Source: Gammaproteobacteria bacterium (GTDB lineage: Bacteria > Pseudomonadota > Gammaproteobacteria > UBA4575). Taken from it: a DNA stretch of 64,000 nucleotides. Positions within the stretch are counted from its first letter, which is position 1, and each line of letters begins with the position of its first letter. The DNA is taken from positions 817,560-881,559 of the forward strand of contig OZ244982.1 of assembly GCA_965223115.1 (NCBI GenBank), given 5' to 3'. The notes under the pieces were generated by a model. It was not told where the DNA came from and made no database searches. It saw nothing but the letters and a program-made list of their open reading frames with translations. The position numbers were made by a program, and so were the translations under genes. This document shows, piece by piece, positions 60,088-64,000 of the stretch.

Positions 60088-60939
60088 TCATTTTTCAACA
60101 TCAACTTTGACAAAGATAGAGCTTATTTTGTCTGATTCAGATCGAGAAGTACTTAAAATACCTTTGTCTTTAGATTTTGCATCAGTATCCACACCACCAA
60201 TTTGCACCCATTGACCTAATTTTGCAGTGATCATGGTATCGGCTTCTTGAACATCGATAGTGCCATGATGCTCATTGCTGACAGATCGGTAGTGTGGCTG
60301 CACTTGTAATGAAACATTGCCGTTTCCTGTTAAATGTGGGGTTACATAAAAACCGCTAGTAATGTCTTGATAGTCGACACTGTCGTAAACAGATATACCA
60401 CGGCGGTGGCGGATAATGGTGCGATGCTCAAAGGGACGGATTTCACCGGCAGCAATGAAGGCTTTACCACCTTCGATAACCCGTACCATGTGCTCGGTAT
60501 CACTTTCTTGCTCGCGTTCATTTTTGTTAACTCGAATGCGTGTACCTTCATCTCTAGGTGGGCTGTCTCCAATAACAACGCGAGTGTCGTCACCGATTTC
60601 ATAATTGCCAGAATAATTAAAGTCTGTTGATTCAGATCCTAAATCAACATTATTTCGCACCGTAATAATTAAATTACGTGGTGCTTTATCCATGACTTTA
60701 AGCAAGCGAGTAATTTCCTCTAGGGTGTTAGTATCTGTACGTAAAAATAGCTGAAACCCTGATCCTGTAATTGCGTCGTTTGGCTTTAATAAGGGTTTAA
60801 TGATTGGAATCATTTCTTCTGCAGGTCGATTGCTCAGCTGAATAATTTTTAAGGGGTCATTTTGATCTGCACTAACCGCAGATATAATTACGGTACAAAA
60901 TAAGATAATTACTGTGTGCTGTATTATTCTTAAATACAT
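60088..60939 (-). CDS. Secreted protein with a possible secretin-N-like segment and a short C-terminal secretin-like patch
   Basis: 283 aa. Signal peptide (MYLRIIQHTVIILFCTVIISAVSA). …LKIIQLSNRPAEEMIPIIKPLL…FQLFLRTDTNTLEEITRLLKVMDKAPRNLIITVRN… resembles the Secretin_N short domain. C-terminus …GQWVQIGGVDTD…SSIFVKVDV resembles the secretin-domain core and tail. No database or structure check was possible. Confidence 0.4.
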   Translation of the reverse strand: MYLRIIQHTVIILFCTVIISAVSADQNDPLKIIQLSNRPAEEMIPIIKPLLKPNDAITGSGFQLFLRTDTNTLEEITRLLKVMDKAPRNLIITVRNNVDLGSESTDFNYSGNYEIGDDTRVVIGDSPPRDEGTRIRVNKNEREQESDTEHMVRVIEGGKAFIAAGEIRPFEHRTIIRHRRGISVYDSVDYQDITSGFYVTPHLTGNGNVSLQVQPHYRSVSNEHHGTIDVQEADTMITAKLGQWVQIGGVDTDAKSKDKGILSTSRSESDKISSIFVKVDVEK

Positions 60940-61457
60940 AATCTTCTTATAGCGGTATCTTGAGCACTAAGCTCCCATATATTTGTAAAAGTTTCCGTCA
61001 ACTCTTTAGACTTATCAGCATCATTAAAGTTTACTTCTGCATCATATAAATCAGATTTAAGGTTGTATATATAGCCAACATTATCTGCAACTAGTAGGCT
61101 TTGGTTAAACTGAGAATAGTCATTACATATAGTACGAATTTCGATTTTTGATGAAATACGTTGACTTATGTCTAATAAACGGTGACCATTTTTAATCATT
61201 TGGGCTGTATCATGAACGAGTATTCTTATGCTTGCATGTCTGGTACGACGCACTAGTTGAGTTGCGGCTTCAGCGATATTCTCGTTATTGAAAATAGTAG
61301 GGTCCAAATAGCGGCTTATAATGATAATTTGATCTTGTGCAGAATATAATAATTTTGTAATTGCATCCTTATTTTGAGCGCGACTGTCTATATTTATGCG
61401 TTCATTAGTGACGCCAAGAATGAAATTTTTAAAAAAATTATCTTTAGAAATCCCCAC
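60930..61457 (-). CDS. PLD-like (Nuc-like) fold protein lacking the catalytic HKD motif, a probable pseudo-enzyme
   Basis: 175 aa. …AQDQIIIISRYLDPTIFNNENIAEAATQLVRRTRHASIRILVHD… follows the PLD-family pattern (A+xSIxIxxYxx…IxxALxxAxxRGVxVRILxD). The position of HxKx4D reads NQSLLVAD (H→N, K→S). The stop overlaps the start of the downstream secreted-protein gene by 10 nt. Confidence 0.35.
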   Translation of the reverse strand: MGISKDNFFKNFILGVTNERINIDSRAQNKDAITKLLYSAQDQIIIISRYLDPTIFNNENIAEAATQLVRRTRHASIRILVHDTAQMIKNGHRLLDISQRISSKIEIRTICNDYSQFNQSLLVADNVGYIYNLKSDLYDAEVNFNDADKSKELTETFTNIWELSAQDTAIRRLCI

Positions 61458-61730
61458 GTTTCATGCCTTTTAAATTAATTTGTTTAGCTATAGTGAATTA
61501 TAAACTACTAGCTTTAGGTTCTCATTTGCAATAATGCCAATTTTGGGAACTAAATGTGGCACTACATAGCCTATATGTCGTGGTTGAGGCCATAAGCTCG
61601 GTTTTTGGGCGATTATCGCGTATAGTGCTGCGGTTTTAGCGCTTGAAAAATACTAAAAGTTTAGTACCATTTTGCCGCCAAATAAATTGAGATGGATATA
61701 TTTTACCTGACACTGAAAGCAGTGTAAGCC

Positions 61731-62453
61731 ATGATAGAAATAGATCACTTAAATAAAAAGTTCGGACATTTAGTTGCTGTTGAAGATATTTCCTTCTCTG
61801 TTAAGCCAGGGGAGGTGCTTGGCTTTTTAGGCCCAAACGGTGCTGGTAAGTCTACGACAATGAAAATGATCACAGGGTTTTTGACACCTAGTTCTGGTGA
61901 AATCAATGTATGTGGTTATAACGTCGGTGAGCGGCCTATTGATGTTAAAAAAAGAATAGGCTATTTACCTGAAGGGGCACCTAGCTATGGTGAAATGACT
62001 CCGCTTCAGTATCTTGAATTTATTGCTGAAGTGCGTGAACTTTCTGGGCAGAAAAAAACAGAGCGTAAAAAAGAAGTTATAGAGCGTCTGCATCTGGATA
62101 AGGTGTTAAACCAGTCAATAGAAACTTTATCAAAAGGATTCAAGAGAAGAGTAGGCCTTGCGCAAGCTATTTTACATGACCCTGAAGTATTGATTTTAGA
62201 TGAGCCTACTGATGGTTTAGATCCTAACCAAAAGCATGAAGTTAGAGAATTGATTAAAAGCATCGCAGTCGAAAAAGTGATTGTCATTTCTACCCATATA
62301 CTTGAAGAAGTAGATGCGATATGTACACGCGCAATTATCATTGCAAACGGTAAAATTCTTGCCGATGATACGCCAGATGGGCTGCGAAGTAAGTCTTCAA
62401 GTAATAAATTAGATGATGTATTCCGTGAGATTACGCAAGCGAAGCTATCATGA
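61731..62453 (+). CDS. ABC transporter ATP-binding protein (ABC-2/GldA-like)
   Basis: 240 aa. GPNGAGKSTT Walker A, LSKGFKRRVGLAQAIL signature, ILDEPTDGLD Walker B. Confidence 0.85.
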   Translation: MIEIDHLNKKFGHLVAVEDISFSVKPGEVLGFLGPNGAGKSTTMKMITGFLTPSSGEINVCGYNVGERPIDVKKRIGYLPEGAPSYGEMTPLQYLEFIAEVRELSGQKKTERKKEVIERLHLDKVLNQSIETLSKGFKRRVGLAQAILHDPEVLILDEPTDGLDPNQKHEVRELIKSIAVEKVIVISTHILEEVDAICTRAIIIANGKILADDTPDGLRSKSSSNKLDDVFREITQAKLS

Positions 62454-63184
62454 AAAATATTATAACGATATTTAAACGTGAATTAAGCAGCTACTTTGCA
62501 ACGCCAGTTGCTTATGTGTTTATTGTGATATTTTTGATAATGAGCGGTGCGTTGACGTTTTATTTAGGTAATTTTTATGAAAGGGGTCAAGCAGATTTAG
62601 TTCCTTTTTTCCAGTTTCATCCTTGGCTATATTTATTTTTAGTACCAGCAATAGCCATGCGTCTATGGGCTGAAGAACGCAAATCCGGCAGTATTGAATT
62701 ATTAATGACTTTGCCTATCTCAGTAGGGCAGTCTGTAATTGGTAAGTTTTTTGCGGCTTGGATTTTTATAGGAATTGCTTTGTTTTTAACTTTTCCAATC
62801 TGGATTACTGTAAATTATTTAGGTAACCCAGATAATGGAGTTATTTTTGCTGCTTATTTAGGGAGCTTTTTAATGGCTGGCGGGTTCTTGGCAATCGGTG
62901 CTTGTATTTCTGCTATGACAAAAAATCAAGTAATTGCATTTATCATCACAGTAGTCATTTGTTTTATTTTTCTATTAGCGGGCTCATCGTTGGTTTTAAA
63001 CTTCTTTAAAGCTTGGATTCCACAAAGTATTGTTGATGCAATTTCATCATTAAGCTTTTTAACCCACTATGCATCGATTGCAAAAGGTGTGATTGATTTA
63101 AGAGATGTTATCTATTTTGTAACATTAATTGGTTTTTGGTTATACGCTAATGCCTTAGTAGTGGAAATAAAGAAAGCGGACTAA
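62450..63184 (+). CDS. ABC-2 family transporter permease (GldF-like)
   Basis: 244 aa, six TM helices. Start overlaps the ATPase stop (ATGA). Confidence 0.7.
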   Translation: MKNIITIFKRELSSYFATPVAYVFIVIFLIMSGALTFYLGNFYERGQADLVPFFQFHPWLYLFLVPAIAMRLWAEERKSGSIELLMTLPISVGQSVIGKFFAAWIFIGIALFLTFPIWITVNYLGNPDNGVIFAAYLGSFLMAGGFLAIGACISAMTKNQVIAFIITVVICFIFLLAGSSLVLNFFKAWIPQSIVDAISSLSFLTHYASIAKGVIDLRDVIYFVTLIGFWLYANALVVEIKKAD

Positions 63185-63194
63185 CACTATAGCT

Positions 63195-64000
63195 ATGCAG
63201 AAAACTACATCAATAACGGTGATTGGGTTAATTATTCTTGCCATCTTGTTTTTAATTGTAAATATGGCAAGTAGTAAATTGTTTACCTCTATGCGTGCCG
63301 ACTTAACTCAAAATGAACTCTATACTCTAACTAAGGGCACACGCAATATAGTAGCAAGTATACAAGAGCCTGTTACTTTGTATTTATTTTACTCAGATAA
63401 AGCGAGTGAAGATGTTCCACAATTACGTACCTATGCAAACCGCGTAAAAGAACTTTTGCAAGAGTATGCACAACTATCAAATGGAAAGATTGCGTTAAAT
63501 ATTGTTGATCCAGTGCCATTTTCAGAAGAAGAAGATCAGGCCGCTGCATTTGGGTTGCAAGGTGTGCCGATTGGAAATAGTGGTGAAAATATTTATTTTG
63601 GCTTAGCTGCTAGTAATGCAGTAGGTGATACTGAAAAGATTGCTTTTTTTCAGCCTCAGCGAGAGCAGTTTCTTGAATATGATGTTTCAAAGTTAATTAA
63701 TAATTTAACTAACCCTAAAAAGCCGGTTATAGGAATCATCACACAACTTTCATTGTTTGGTGGGTTTGATATTGAAACCACGCAAATGACAAAAGCATGG
63801 GCCATCATTGCGCAGATGCGGCAATTATTTGAATTAAAACAGCTTGATATTACAGCTAAAGTAATAGATGAAGATATTGATATCTTAATGGTAGTGCACC
63901 CTAAAGACCTTAGTTTGCTTACAAAATATGCAATAGATCAGTTTGTAATGCGAGGTGGTAAGTTGTTATTGTTTGTTGATCCACATTCTGAAGTAGACAA
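63195..64000 (+). CDS. GldG-like ABC-transporter auxiliary component (partial, continues beyond the window)
   Basis: ORF from the ATG at 63195 (MQKTTSITVIGLIILAILFLIVN…), open to the window end. N-terminal TM helix followed by a periplasmic domain, typical partner of ABC-2 ATPase/permease pairs. Confidence 0.5.
   Translation, partial: MQKTTSITVIGLIILAILFLIVNMASSKLFTSMRADLTQNELYTLTKGTRNIVASIQEPVTLYLFYSDKASEDVPQLRTYANRVKELLQEYAQLSNGKIALNIVDPVPFSEEEDQAAAFGLQGVPIGNSGENIYFGLAASNAVGDTEKIAFFQPQREQFLEYDVSKLINNLTNPKKPVIGIITQLSLFGGFDIETTQMTKAWAIIAQMRQLFELKQLDITAKVIDEDIDILMVVHPKDLSLLTKYAIDQFVMRGGKLLLFVDPHSEVD

Noticed and set aside
1-64000. Search for CRISPR arrays, IS elements, integrases, rRNA and tRNA genes
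   Set aside because: No spaced direct repeats, transposase or integrase-like ORFs or rRNA-like stretches were seen. Intergenic regions were too short or AT-rich for obvious tRNA cloverleaves. tRNA absence is by eye only and should be confirmed with tRNAscan-SE.

Overview
About 64 kb of a low-GC (roughly 40%) gammaproteobacterial chromosome, almost entirely housekeeping genes in tight operons. From left to right the window contains:

- a pterin/methanofuran biosynthesis trio (MfnB-like, DUF447, DHPS-like)
- recJ, prfB (with the classic programmed +1 frameshift) and lysS
- a small decayed accessory patch: an MBL-fold hydrolase pseudogene, a Cys-rich acidic secreted protein, an OmpR-type two-component system whose kinase carries a frameshift, and an outer-membrane beta-barrel protein
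- a complete formyltransferase/hydrolase complex operon (fhcCDAB-like), i.e. methanofuran/H4MPT-dependent C1 oxidation
- ygfZ, divergent from sdhCDAB-sdhE-ygfX
- a Cys-less IscR-like Rrf2 regulator, a TetR regulator, a hydrolase, mdh and zapE
- an AT-rich island of about 3 kb with an overlapping nucleotidyltransferase gene pair (AbiEi/AbiEii-like toxin-antitoxin or abortive-infection module), a 274-aa orphan ORF and an orphan terminated small-RNA candidate
- nagZ, an MscS channel, hpt, the MTA phosphorylase gene, a CsiV-like gene and mfd
- the full ccmABCDEFGHI cytochrome c maturation operon
- aguBA, lolCDE, a DUF2062 gene, comEC, exbBD, msbA-lpxK-ycaR-kdsB, nudF and an ABC-2/GldG-type transporter
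- an odd two-gene module (60.1-61.5 kb): a PLD-like pseudo-enzyme plus a short secreted protein with a secretin-like pattern

No rRNA genes, CRISPR arrays, IS elements or integrases were seen; tRNAs were searched only by eye in intergenic regions and none recognised. The most novel-looking loci are the 28.1-31.3 kb island and the 60.1-61.5 kb module. All calls rest on reading the six-frame translations and motifs by eye, with no database searches run.
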